This document shows, piece by piece, positions 26,155 through 34,658 of a stretch of DNA of 64,000 nt. The position numbers were made by a program, and so were the translations under genes. The DNA is from a virus: positions 1 through 64,000 of IMG/VR virus record IMGVR_UViG_3300003690_000090; one strand, 5' to 3'. The notes under the pieces were generated by a model. It was not told where the DNA came from. It ran no database searches and saw only the letters and a program-made list of their open reading frames with translations. Numbering within the stretch: position 1 is the stretch's first letter; each line of letters starts with the position of its first letter.

Positions 26155-27147
26155 TCATTTCTCTGATCCGGTGTCGCACATCCCCCACCGCACGCATCCC
26201 TGGTGGCCTGTTGGGTCCGTGAAGAGCTCTACTTGGTCCATGCTCCCGCCTCGTGTCGTGCGTGCCCACTTGATCACTTTGTCGATGGGCCAGGTGTCTC
26301 CGGCCCTCTTGCCGGTCTTGGGGTCTGTGCGAGAGATCGGGTTCTGAAACCACGTCGGTGGCTGGTATCCAAGCGACTCAAAGGTCTCCCCCTTGGCGGC
26401 GTACCGCTTCTTCGCGGCCTCCATGATGACCTTCTCCAGCTCGCCCAGAAGCTCAATGCGTTCTGGTGCGTAGTCGCTCATCGCTCGCAGCTCTGACTTG
26501 CGGGCGAAAATGCATGGGTAGCACCCCACTCGGGTACTCCCTTGTTCCAGATAGAGCCGGCAAGGACGGACCCCGTGGCGGTGGTGGATGGCAATGACAT
26601 CCTTCTCGGACCAGTCGATCAGGGGTCGCCACACATCGCACTTGAACGTCCCGCTGTACTCCCACTCCAGCATCATCGAGCGAGCGGCGGACTCCTGGGC
26701 GCGGATGCCGACCACGTTGATGACCTGGCCCTCGCGCTCCAGCAGGTAGTCCCGAGCCGGATACACCTTGAGGTGCTGGGTACACCACCGCCTGACACGA
26801 GAGGGGAACATCCCCTTCTTGATGCACAGCCGGACCATCGAGGAGTATTCCACGCCGAGCAATCTCTCGAAGTGTTCTGCCACCGGAACCATTTCCTCTG
26901 GAATGTCGATCTTTGCCGACAACCTAGTGACGGGCCCAACCACTGCGGGCAGGTCGTTCTCTACGTATTGGTACAAATAGTCATGTTCCCAACCCGTATC
27001 GAAGAAGATGCGGTCGTAGTCGTCGGGGCCGTACCCAAGGTCCATCAGGTGCAGACAGCAGGCCGTGGAGTCCTTGCCGCCGGAGACGGACACTACCAGG
27101 CGGCGCCCATCCAGTTTTTCATCGAGCTCTTCGCGTGTCATCTGCAT
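26155..27147 (-). CDS. PAPS-reductase/DndC-like PP-loop protein
   Basis: SGGKDS, DTGWE, RWCT..LK, GIRAQES..R, RVGCYPC, C-terminal Cys pair. Confidence 0.9.
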   Translation of the reverse strand: MQMTREELDEKLDGRRLVVSVSGGKDSTACCLHLMDLGYGPDDYDRIFFDTGWEHDYLYQYVENDLPAVVGPVTRLSAKIDIPEEMVPVAEHFERLLGVEYSSMVRLCIKKGMFPSRVRRWCTQHLKVYPARDYLLEREGQVINVVGIRAQESAARSMMLEWEYSGTFKCDVWRPLIDWSEKDVIAIHHRHGVRPCRLYLEQGSTRVGCYPCIFARKSELRAMSDYAPERIELLGELEKVIMEAAKKRYAAKGETFESLGYQPPTWFQNPISRTDPKTGKRAGDTWPIDKVIKWARTTRGGSMDQVELFTDPTGHQGCVRWGMCDTGSEK

Positions 27148-27989
27148 TCCCTTACGTTTCGAAACAATGGCGCATCGCTGCGGATTCGTCTGCGAGATTC
27201 CTCTGCGTACTGCTGGTTGAGCTCAACGCCAAGAAAGTTTCTGCCCAGCCTGTTCGCTACTAATCCGGTTGTTCCGGCTCCAGCGAATGGGTCGAGTACC
27301 AGGTCTCCGATTGCACTCCCGGCCTTGATGCAGCGCTCGGCCAGGTCGGGAACCATCACAGCTACGTGACTGCCGGCGTACCTGGCCACCGGCAAAGACC
27401 ACACGTCCCTCGGTCGACGCCCCTCGAGTTCCCCGGCGTTGTATACGCGCCCGCTGTAGGTCTCGTTACCGCTTTGCTTGTGTCCGCCAAAGCCAGCTGA
27501 TATCGTCACGTCCGGATGCTTTAGTGGCTCGAGTACAGCCTGCATGTCGAAGTAGTAGTGCGGGTTCTTTGCCAGCAGGAAGACGTGCTCATGAGCTGGG
27601 GTGAATCGGTCGGTGACTCCCCCGCCTGCAGGAATGGTGTTGGTCTTGTGCCAGATGATTTCCGAGCGCAGCACCCAGCCTCGTTCTTGCAAAGCAAGGG
27701 CAACTCGCCACGGAACACCCATGAGTTGCTTGTCGACATAGCAGTCTCCAAGGTTCAGCCACAGCGTGCCGTCTTCTGCCAGCACATGCTTCACCTGGTC
27801 CATGCGTGCGCAAATGTTGAACACGTACTCTTCGAGAGTATGTTCCGACCCGAGCTCGTTCTCGGTCCCGTAGGAACGGAGATTCCAGTAGGGTGGGCTC
27901 GTGACGCAGCACCTGGCCACACCAGCCTTCTGGCGTTGAAGCTCGTCGAGACAGTCACCGTGTAGTACTACAGCCCAGGTGTCAGCCAT
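27138..27989 (-). CDS. DNA N4-cytosine/N6-adenine methyltransferase (beta class)
   Basis: GDC, TSPPY catalytic motif before DPFAGAGTTG SAM motif; ATG 27989 overlaps the queC end. Confidence 0.92.
   Translation of the reverse strand: MADTWAVVLHGDCLDELQRQKAGVARCCVTSPPYWNLRSYGTENELGSEHTLEEYVFNICARMDQVKHVLAEDGTLWLNLGDCYVDKQLMGVPWRVALALQERGWVLRSEIIWHKTNTIPAGGGVTDRFTPAHEHVFLLAKNPHYYFDMQAVLEPLKHPDVTISAGFGGHKQSGNETYSGRVYNAGELEGRRPRDVWSLPVARYAGSHVAVMVPDLAERCIKAGSAIGDLVLDPFAGAGTTGLVANRLGRNFLGVELNQQYAEESRRRIRSDAPLFRNVRECR
27971..27988 (-). repeat. 18-bp direct repeat, copy 1 (TGGCTGACACCTGGGCTG)
   Basis: Identical to 29206..29223. Confidence 0.95.
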
Positions 27990-28584
27990 TGGATGCCCCA
28001 TTGATGGCATTGATGCGCAACACGCAGGAGTTACAGGTTCCGCATGGTTCGCCTGATTTTGCATTTGCAGAGTAGCAACTCCAAGTAGTTTCCAAATCAA
28101 TGCCCAGACCGATGGCTCGGGCGATCACCTCTGGCTTCCGAAGTTCTATTAGCGGGGCGACTATGCGAACGCCTGTGTCCTGCTCAACAAGCCTGCAGAT
28201 ATCAGAGACGAAGCCTGGCCTGCAGTCCGGGTAGTCCTCCCAGTCGTCTCTGGTCGGGCCATACCAAACCTCTTGAATGCCTTTGGCGGCGGCATAGTTG
28301 ACTGCCAGCGAAAGCATGATCAGGTTCCGGCCTGGGATCATCCTTGAACCAGGCTCGCCGGATGACGCCTTCATGGGCTCCATCCCGCGAATCGTTGGCA
28401 TCAATCGCAACATCTCGACATCGTGTTTGCGAGCCCATTCTGCTGCAACTCGAAACTCATCGGGTCCGGATGGTTGCATGTAGGAGAAGTGGAGCAGTGA
28501 ATGCAGCACTCCCCCCTGGTGCGCCATGGTTGCTAGGACGGTGGAATCCACTCCACCGCTGAACAGAACTGCGACTGACTTCAT
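27982..28584 (-). CDS. queC: 7-cyano-7-deazaguanine synthase
   Basis: SGGVDS, PGRNLIML, YPDCRP, TWSCY...CGTCNSC; ATGA coupling. Confidence 0.92.
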   Translation of the reverse strand: MKSVAVLFSGGVDSTVLATMAHQGGVLHSLLHFSYMQPSGPDEFRVAAEWARKHDVEMLRLMPTIRGMEPMKASSGEPGSRMIPGRNLIMLSLAVNYAAAKGIQEVWYGPTRDDWEDYPDCRPGFVSDICRLVEQDTGVRIVAPLIELRKPEVIARAIGLGIDLETTWSCYSANAKSGEPCGTCNSCVLRINAINGASNG

Positions 28585-29224
28585 ATGATTTCCCATAGGG
28601 GTAGTTGGTTTTTGGCATTGGTGAGTAGGGGAATGCTGACTGCAAACCTGCTTGCGCTTGTGCCATCAAACGAATCCGCACCAGCGAACTGGCATAGGCG
28701 TATTCTCCTGGCGGTGTTCACTCGCCCCACATGGAAATAAGCGCCGGTCTCCCGTGCCAGCTGCCCCCATTGCCGCATCGTATCCAACTTCCAGTCTGTT
28801 GTGCCGCCCAAGAAAATGCCGATTTCATCGCACAACAGGGAACGGATATCGCCTGGTGTCATGCCATCCTGAACGGCTATGAGTTGCCTGTGTCCCACGC
28901 CGCGCAGCCTGGGCAGCCACTCTTCTGAAAAGCGTAGCGACTCGTGCCCCCCCCAACGATGTCGGGCACGACGATGAACTCGGCGTTGTCGCCAAGAGAT
29001 TCGACGACGGCCTCAAAGGCCGGGACATCGAATGGAAGGCCTTTCTGGTAGGCGGTCCAAGCTCCATTGTCTATTGCGTATGGAAAGCCTTCATGTCGGT
29101 GCTTACCTGTGGCGGACACCAATATGTGCCATCCAGATTTGCGCAGGGCATCAAGGTTTCGACGTGTTCCTGTTCGGCTTGCATAGGGAATCATCGTCCT
29201 GGTTGCAGCCCAGGTGTCAGCCAC
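28581..29224 (-). pseudogene. DpdA/TGT-like transglycosylase gene split by a frameshift at a G8 tract
   Basis: Motifs IDNGAW, PDIVGG | AVQDG, IFLGG, HVGR, ADSFDGTS are TGT-barrel-like; one extra G at 28947-28954 gives a single 214-aa ORF. Family call is from motifs and adjacency to queC. Confidence 0.7.
29206..29223 (-). repeat. 18-bp direct repeat, copy 2
   Basis: Identical to 27971..27988. Confidence 0.95.
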
Positions 29225-29396
29225 GCGCTGCTACCTCGAGCATCGTGCGGATGCATCCCATACAGATCTTTGCGCGAACCTTTGGCCTGGCATCCCAGTT
29301 GTGAAACACGATGAGTTCATCGAACCGGCCTCGACAGATGAGGCATCTGCGCCTGTGGCTAAGTCCGTATGTGTTGTGTTCTGGGGCTTTTGGCAT
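29217..29396 (-). CDS. 59-aa C4 zinc-finger protein (not in ORF track)
   Basis: Hand translation MPKAPEH...CLIC...ICMGCIRTMLEVAARG*; GAGG RBS. Confidence 0.6.
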   Translation of the reverse strand: MPKAPEHNTYGLSHRRRCLICRGRFDELIVFHNWDARPKVRAKICMGCIRTMLEVAARG

Positions 29397-29403
29397 CGTT
29401 GCC

Positions 29404-29472
29404 TCATGTCCAGGGGTCGATCAGCATCGTTACTGCGATCCAAAAGATGATTAGAATTATGACGGCCTTCAT
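29404..29472 (-). CDS. 22-aa hydrophobic peptide
   Basis: ATGA overlap; MKAVIILIIFWIAVTMLIDPWT. Confidence 0.35.
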   Translation of the reverse strand: MKAVIILIIFWIAVTMLIDPWT

Positions 29473-29867
29473 GCTTCCCCCACCGTTGATGCCCTGTCTG
29501 CCAGCGAGCGTTGGTAGTCGATGGCTTCCTCGGCTTCCCGTTCCCTCTCTACGCGGATCTCCTCCCGAAGCCTGGCGACCAGGTGGTCCTCCCACTCACA
29601 CCGGATGACGGACAACTGCTCGGTCACCCTGGGCTCACGGGGATCTCCGTGGTGCTCGAGGCAGTAGTGCAGGAAGTCCTCGGCCATTTCGTCTGGCTCC
29701 TCGGGAATCTCAATCCCGTGGTACTTCCGCCACAGTTCCTGGTAGGCATCGTTGTCACTGATCTCCCTGAACGCATCACGAATGCCTGGCCCGAATGCCA
29801 CGCAGTTCGTGTTGCAGTAGAACACCGCAATGCCTTTTCGCTTGTCGTATAGAATGTCAATCGCCAT
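29469..29867 (-). CDS. Hypothetical protein
   Basis: Operon spacing and GAGGT RBS. Confidence 0.65.
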   Translation of the reverse strand: MAIDILYDKRKGIAVFYCNTNCVAFGPGIRDAFREISDNDAYQELWRKYHGIEIPEEPDEMAEDFLHYCLEHHGDPREPRVTEQLSVIRCEWEDHLVARLREEIRVEREREAEEAIDYQRSLADRASTVGEA

Positions 29868-29870
29868 GTC

Positions 29871-31256
29871 TCAAACCTCGCATCCGAGCTCTCGGTAGAG
29901 CTTCATTCGTTTCTTGGAGAGCGCGAAGAACGCGCCAGATCTGTCAATGCAATCCACTACCAGTGGGGTCTGCTTGTTCTCGGCCACGCGCATGATGCGA
30001 CCGATGCGTTGCTGCACACGACCCATCGCCTTGGTTGGCGAGGTCAGCACCACGGTGTCCAGGCCGGGAAGGTCAAGCCCCTCGTCGGCAACCGTGGTGG
30101 CGAAGATGGCACGAAGTTCGCCGGAGTCAGCGGCCTCGAGCACGGCTGCCCGCTTCTTCTTTGACATCGTGCCGACCAGTGCCGCAGAGCTGTAGCCCAA
30201 CTCTGCCAGTACCTCGGCCATGTCAATGCAGTGCTGCACCCTGTCGGACAGCACGAGCACCTGGCGACCAGCATTCAACAGCTCACAGATCTTGTTGATG
30301 ATCTTGTCGTTGCGGTCCTCGTCCTTGCACATCTTGTTGATCAGCACAGGCCAGTCCACTCGTGTCTTCGGCGGTTCCCACCCGGTGAACAGTTGCTCGA
30401 CCCTGGGTGCCATGACTCGCCCTGCCGCTACCAGGTTCTTGGTGCTGATTTCCTTGAGCACGTCACCGAAGTGCCAGTACAGCAGGTCAGTCAGTCCGTC
30501 GTTGCGTTCCGGCGTTGCCGTCAGTCCCAGCCGGTAGGTCGCGGGGATGGCCATCAGCACACGAGAGAAGGTGTGCGCCGGCACATGGTGTGCCTCGTCG
30601 AGGATGCACAGCCCGAAGGCGTTCTCCTGGCTGGATGCCCAGCGGTACAGATCGTCCCAGCGTCTGCGAATCAAGCTCTGGATGGTGGCCACGACCACGC
30701 GTCCCGTGTCGTCGTTGTCCCCCCCGCCGATGACGGTAGCCTCAATGCCCAGTTGCTCGCGGCACCGGGCGACCCATTGCATGGCGAGGTCAAGGGTGTG
30801 TACCAGCACAAGCGCCCGAGTCGGCAGCGCAGCTATGGCACCGATACCGATGGTGGTCTTGCCCGCACCACAGGGTGCCACTACCAGGCCACTGCCTTTC
30901 TTCAGGAGCTCCTTCACGGCCTGCTGTTGGTAGTCACGAAGGGTGATGTGTTCGGCTATGTGTACGTCGTCGGCCTCACCGCACACCGTGTGTCTAATGA
31001 TGTTCAGGTCCAGGTCATCGTGGTTCACGGCTCTCGGAACCATCAGCCCACCGTACCAGGGATGCCACATCGGAAACTCCTGTGGTCCGTAGACCCAGCG
31101 TTCCGGCATGGGCACTCGCTTGCCCTGGCTGCGGAGTCGCATGGCTTGCTGCCACTCGGGACTCTCGAGCCTGTACTTGTCCTTGAGTTGGTTGAGGTAT
31201 GGCGAGTCAGGTGGCAGGTACAAGCCGCCGGCAAGCACTGCGCGTAGGTCGGTCAC
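29871..31256 (-). CDS. Superfamily 2 (DEAH) helicase
   Basis: LRDYQ, PCGAGKT, DEAHH, TATP, EGLDLP, QRIGRIMR. Confidence 0.93.
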   Translation of the reverse strand: MTDLRAVLAGGLYLPPDSPYLNQLKDKYRLESPEWQQAMRLRSQGKRVPMPERWVYGPQEFPMWHPWYGGLMVPRAVNHDDLDLNIIRHTVCGEADDVHIAEHITLRDYQQQAVKELLKKGSGLVVAPCGAGKTTIGIGAIAALPTRALVLVHTLDLAMQWVARCREQLGIEATVIGGGDNDDTGRVVVATIQSLIRRRWDDLYRWASSQENAFGLCILDEAHHVPAHTFSRVLMAIPATYRLGLTATPERNDGLTDLLYWHFGDVLKEISTKNLVAAGRVMAPRVEQLFTGWEPPKTRVDWPVLINKMCKDEDRNDKIINKICELLNAGRQVLVLSDRVQHCIDMAEVLAELGYSSAALVGTMSKKKRAAVLEAADSGELRAIFATTVADEGLDLPGLDTVVLTSPTKAMGRVQQRIGRIMRVAENKQTPLVVDCIDRSGAFFALSKKRMKLYRELGCEV

Positions 31257-31492
31257 TTCGCACCCACTTCTGGTGTGAGTTCGTCGATACGCCTAAGCGC
31301 ATCCCGCAGCAAATCATCCTGTTGGTTGTCCTGCTTTGCGATGATTCCATTGAGCTCGTCGATCTGCTTGAGGGCCTGGGCCAACGCCTTTCCCTTGCGC
31401 CTATTCCAGGTGTTGAGGTGCTCGATCTTCTTCTGCATGTCGTTGTAGACAGCAACCGGGATGACGATGTCAGTGGGTTTGATTCCGCTCAT
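31253..31492 (-). CDS. Small coiled-coil protein
   Basis: ATGA/GTGA overlaps on both sides. Confidence 0.6.
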   Translation of the reverse strand: MSGIKPTDIVIPVAVYNDMQKKIEHLNTWNRRKGKALAQALKQIDELNGIIAKQDNQQDDLLRDALRRIDELTPEVGAK

Positions 31493-31644
31493 GAGGCACC
31501 GCCATCAGAGCCCGTGCCCAGTGCGATGGAGACCTGTGCCTTCAGGATCTCTTTGATGGCTTCCGCCTTGGCCCCGACCCGCAACGTCTTGGCGATGTCT
31601 CGGATCTTGCTCACGGTGTTGGTTTCCGCGCCAAGCACCCGCAT
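31489..31644 (-). CDS. 51-aa ORF (or C-terminal half of 31644..31871)
   Basis: Hand translation MRVLGAETN...DGGAS*; TGATG overlap. Confidence 0.4.
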   Translation of the reverse strand: MRVLGAETNTVSKIRDIAKTLRVGAKAEAIKEILKAQVSIALGTGSDGGAS

Positions 31645-31871
31645 CAAGATTGCCGCGTCATTGAGGACCCCCGCAGGCGCAGCCGTGCGTTGGCCTCGGT
31701 GTGCCCTGCCGCGCAGAAGTGGTGCGGGTACGTGCCCTCTTTGACCACGACCAACAGCTCTGCCAGGTACACCCCTTCGTCTTCTTTGACCGTCACGACG
31801 TCCAGGCGGGACAGAAGGTCTTCATCGATTTCGATGGCCGGGATGGTGTTGCTTAGTTCGTTGCGGTTCAT
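31644..31871 (-). CDS. Small protein with weak HicB-like pattern
   Basis: KEDEGVYLA...GHTEANA; AC-rich leader with GAGG RBS. Confidence 0.5.
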   Translation of the reverse strand: MNRNELSNTIPAIEIDEDLLSRLDVVTVKEDEGVYLAELLVVVKEGTYPHHFCAAGHTEANARLRLRGSSMTRQS

Positions 31872-31900
31872 GAGTTGTCCTCGTGTTGTTTGTTGTTGTC

Positions 31901-32032
31901 CTATAGTAAATAGTCGAACCTGATAACGGTGTCAAGCAAGATTACACTACCCACCGAAGCACACCCCACCAGCCAGGCCAGCATGCTGCCTGCCATCGCG
32001 CATTCCACCAAGTCAAAGTCGTATCTGTACAT
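31901..32032 (-). CDS. 43-aa membrane peptide
   Basis: GGAGG RBS; hydrophobic core; overlaps the next promoter. Confidence 0.35.
   Translation of the reverse strand: MYRYDFDLVECAMAGSMLAWLVGCASVGSVILLDTVIRFDYLL
31907..31935 (-). promoter_or_regulatory. Promoter, GTTATCAG family variant
   Basis: TTGACA-cc-GTTATCAG-N7-TATTTA followed by GACA/AC-rich leader. Confidence 0.6.
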
Positions 32033-32033
32033 G

Positions 32034-32588
32034 TCATTCCTCCGCGCCGAATGGATTCTCGGCCACGGCTTGTATCTCTTTGGATGCCTCCCGGTACCAC
32101 CTGGTCGCACGCACCCCACCGCGCATGTTCCGCTTGGGATACCAGCCGAGATCGCGCAGCGCAGTAGCCACCAGCATCTCCTTCTGCTTGAGCGAGTTCA
32201 CGGCCTGGACAACAGGGTAGTCGCCGACCTCGAGCAGCACATCCCCAACCGTCATGCCAGGAGTTGCCCGGTCCAAGTAGTCATCCACCGCAGCCGTCAG
32301 CCCAGCATCCGGAGTCGCATGGGGCTCGCGCTTTGCCTTGTGCTTGCCAGTGCGCTTCTCGGCTCCCGTCAGCATGCCCAGCCGAATGATGTCCGGGTGC
32401 GCGTTGACCCCATGCTTGTCGTATAGATACAAAACCATCCTCGCCAGGCCAACCTCGGTCATCTCCCGACCCTGCCAATACAGACGAGCTTGGCCCGCGC
32501 TGGTTACTTGGTACGACAACCGACCCGCGAACACTGGGTCTGTCAACACCGCGTTGGATACGTCCCGAATCGTGCTTTTCTCAGTCAA
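32034..32588 (-). CDS. VirE-helicase paralog lacking the ATPase core
   Basis: AAGGAGG RBS before TTG 32588; N- and C-terminal parts align by eye to the termini of 23004..24362. Confidence 0.65.
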   Translation of the reverse strand: MTEKSTIRDVSNAVLTDPVFAGRLSYQVTSAGQARLYWQGREMTEVGLARMVLYLYDKHGVNAHPDIIRLGMLTGAEKRTGKHKAKREPHATPDAGLTAAVDDYLDRATPGMTVGDVLLEVGDYPVVQAVNSLKQKEMLVATALRDLGWYPKRNMRGGVRATRWYREASKEIQAVAENPFGAEE

Positions 32589-32699
32589 AACCACCTCCTT
32601 AGGGGGTAGCCATACCTGCTTGTGCCCGACCTGTCTACCTTTTGCCACACCTTTGCGTTTTTGGCAGGAATCTGGGGAGGTATGGTAAATCCCACCCAA

Positions 32700-33070
32700 A
32701 ACCGAGGTAGTTTGCCCCTCAGTGTGCTACGTGGCCCCGTAGTAGTGGGCAAAAGTGGCTCAACGGGGGGCAGTTGTAAGTCCACGCATTCCCTGGTGTT
32801 TTCTGCTATTGTCCCTCCTGCCCTACCTTATTCCCTAAAACAAAGATTACAGAAAGGGGGTAGAGGGGAGAGGGTAGGGAAGAGAGGAAGAAAAGTAGAA
32901 CAGATATCCCTTAAAGGGAATCCGCTGGGCCAGGTAGGGCAAACCGGGTTTTAGGTGGGATAAGTACCCGAGATTGTTAGCGAAAACGCTTGCCCTACCT
33001 CGGAAATGGAGGTGGGGCAAATCTGAAAAGCAGAGGGGCAGGCCAAAAGGTGGGGCAAATCCTGCCTAAA
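32700..33070. other. Candidate replication origin with GGGCA iterons
   Basis: Intergenic; about 9 GGGCA-core copies in both orientations around a purine-rich tract. Confidence 0.5.
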
Positions 33071-33562
33071 TCACTCCTCGGGCTGAGCTGTGTCAAGAGG
33101 TTTAGAACCAGGTGTGAACGGCTTGGGACCGTACTCAATACCGTCGCCAAGATACGGCTCTATGACTCCGTCTGGTCGAAGAAGGATGTACACAACCACA
33201 CCGTCGTGATGACTCCAGTGAGCTGTCAGACGGCATGCCCAATGACGTATGGTCTCGATGCGGTAACGGCCTCGAGCTCGATGACCCACCAGGCTGTAAG
33301 CAATGCGACTCTCGTGCTCACCAATCACCGACGAGAAAGATGGCAAACCACCCGGGCGTCCAGCTGCTTCCTCGCGCTCAATGAACATCATGTACAAACG
33401 AAACAAACACGCCTGCAGTTCGTCTGCCCAGTCAATACCCAGAAGGTGATGCTCAACTGCTCGGTAGAAGGAGGAGAGCTTGGCGTCAGATAAAACGTCG
33501 TCGGCCGCTACAATGGGCAACGCCCGGAGGAGCTCCAACGATGGCTTCGCTCGCTTGACCAT
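33071..33562 (-). CDS. Hypothetical protein
   Basis: 163-aa ORF consistent with local strand; weak RBS. Confidence 0.5.
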   Translation of the reverse strand: MVKRAKPSLELLRALPIVAADDVLSDAKLSSFYRAVEHHLLGIDWADELQACLFRLYMMFIEREEAAGRPGGLPSFSSVIGEHESRIAYSLVGHRARGRYRIETIRHWACRLTAHWSHHDGVVVYILLRPDGVIEPYLGDGIEYGPKPFTPGSKPLDTAQPEE

Positions 33563-33977
33563 GGTGATATTCTAAGGCCATGGCGGTAAGATTTTCCACT
33601 CTGGCACCTCAACTTTATGACCCTTGGGTGAAGGGTATGGTTAGGGGGAGTGGAGACGGGGGCCTCGCAGCCTGTGGAAATGTACCCCACCTGGCAGTGA
33701 GTAGGTGCGTGGCCGGCATGAGGCGTAAAATCAGTGATTCCAACCAGTTACGGCGCAATTATGCCCTCGCCGGAGGCCTCAACCACGCGATTCAGCATGG
33801 CCCCGTGGAGATACCCCGTGTTCAAATTTTGCGCACGCACCGACGAGGCCGGAAAAGGAGGTAGCCGCTGACGCCTGGCCCCGCGTGTCCCCCAATGGTG
33901 TGTGCCTGGTCCGGTATCAGCTCGGCCACGCCCCACATGGGATGGAGTTCTACCCGGGCCGCGCCATGTACGGAATC

Positions 33978-34014
33978 CGAATCTCGTTCGGACTCACCAC
34001 GAATCTCGTTCGGA
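33978..34014 (+). repeat. 15-bp direct repeat x2 (CGAATCTCGTTCGGA), 22-bp period
   Basis: Copies at 33978 and 34000. Confidence 0.85.
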
Positions 34015-34028
34015 TTTTGCGGGCGCCG

Positions 34029-34160
34029 CAAGTGCTACCTGGTGCACCCCCACTGCTACCCGGTCCGAGATCGGGGAGGGGGGAGGGCTACCTGGCCTGC
34101 GCCCTGGGCCTTTGTTGAAGTGCTACCTGGCCCGCTGCGCCAAGTGCTACCCGGCGCGGA
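34029..34160 (+). repeat. GCTACCYGG repeat cluster 1 (5 copies)
   Basis: CTAC cores at 34035, 34056, 34088, 34123, 34147. Confidence 0.85.
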
Positions 34161-34337
34161 ATCAAAGGGGCAGCTCCTGTGTGTGCCAGGCCCGGAAGTC
34201 TTTCGACCAGGCGGTGGAGCCGCCAATCTCGTAGAGCTCAACCAGCTGGCGCCACCCACGGGCTTCCGCCCAGGCTCGAGCAGTACCTGGCGGGCAGAAC
34301 GATGCCGCCCATACCAGGTACATGCTTGTCAGGTCCA

Positions 34338-34658
34338 CTACTTGGCCTCCGGCTTGTGGAACTCAGTGAGCGCATCGCCAAGCGCCTGGCGCAACACTCG
34401 CTTGCATGGAGCGGGGACCAACTCATCGTCGTCGTCCCACATCTCGAGGTACGGAGACTCCGGGAAGTCGTCCTCGCTGCCGACGCAGATGTCGTCGGTG
34501 ATGACGGAGACGGCGTACTGTTCTTGGTTGAGTGGAGGGGGGTCACCCTCTACCCACCAATCTAAGCCGCCAATCTGCGCCTCGCACTTGAGCCCCATGT
34601 CGTGGGCGTTGTCGCATGCTGCGTTCAGGCCGTTGAGAATGAATTCGCTGGGGGTCAT
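34338..34658 (-). CDS. Small acidic early protein
   Basis: GGAGGTG RBS, ATGA overlap. Confidence 0.7.
   Translation of the reverse strand: MTPSEFILNGLNAACDNAHDMGLKCEAQIGGLDWWVEGDPPPLNQEQYAVSVITDDICVGSEDDFPESPYLEMWDDDDELVPAPCKRVLRQALGDALTEFHKPEAK

Noticed and set aside
26155-27147. cysH sulfate-assimilation gene or complete Dnd phosphorothioation system
   Set aside because: No other cys or dnd genes seen; context is DNA modification, so only the family is called.
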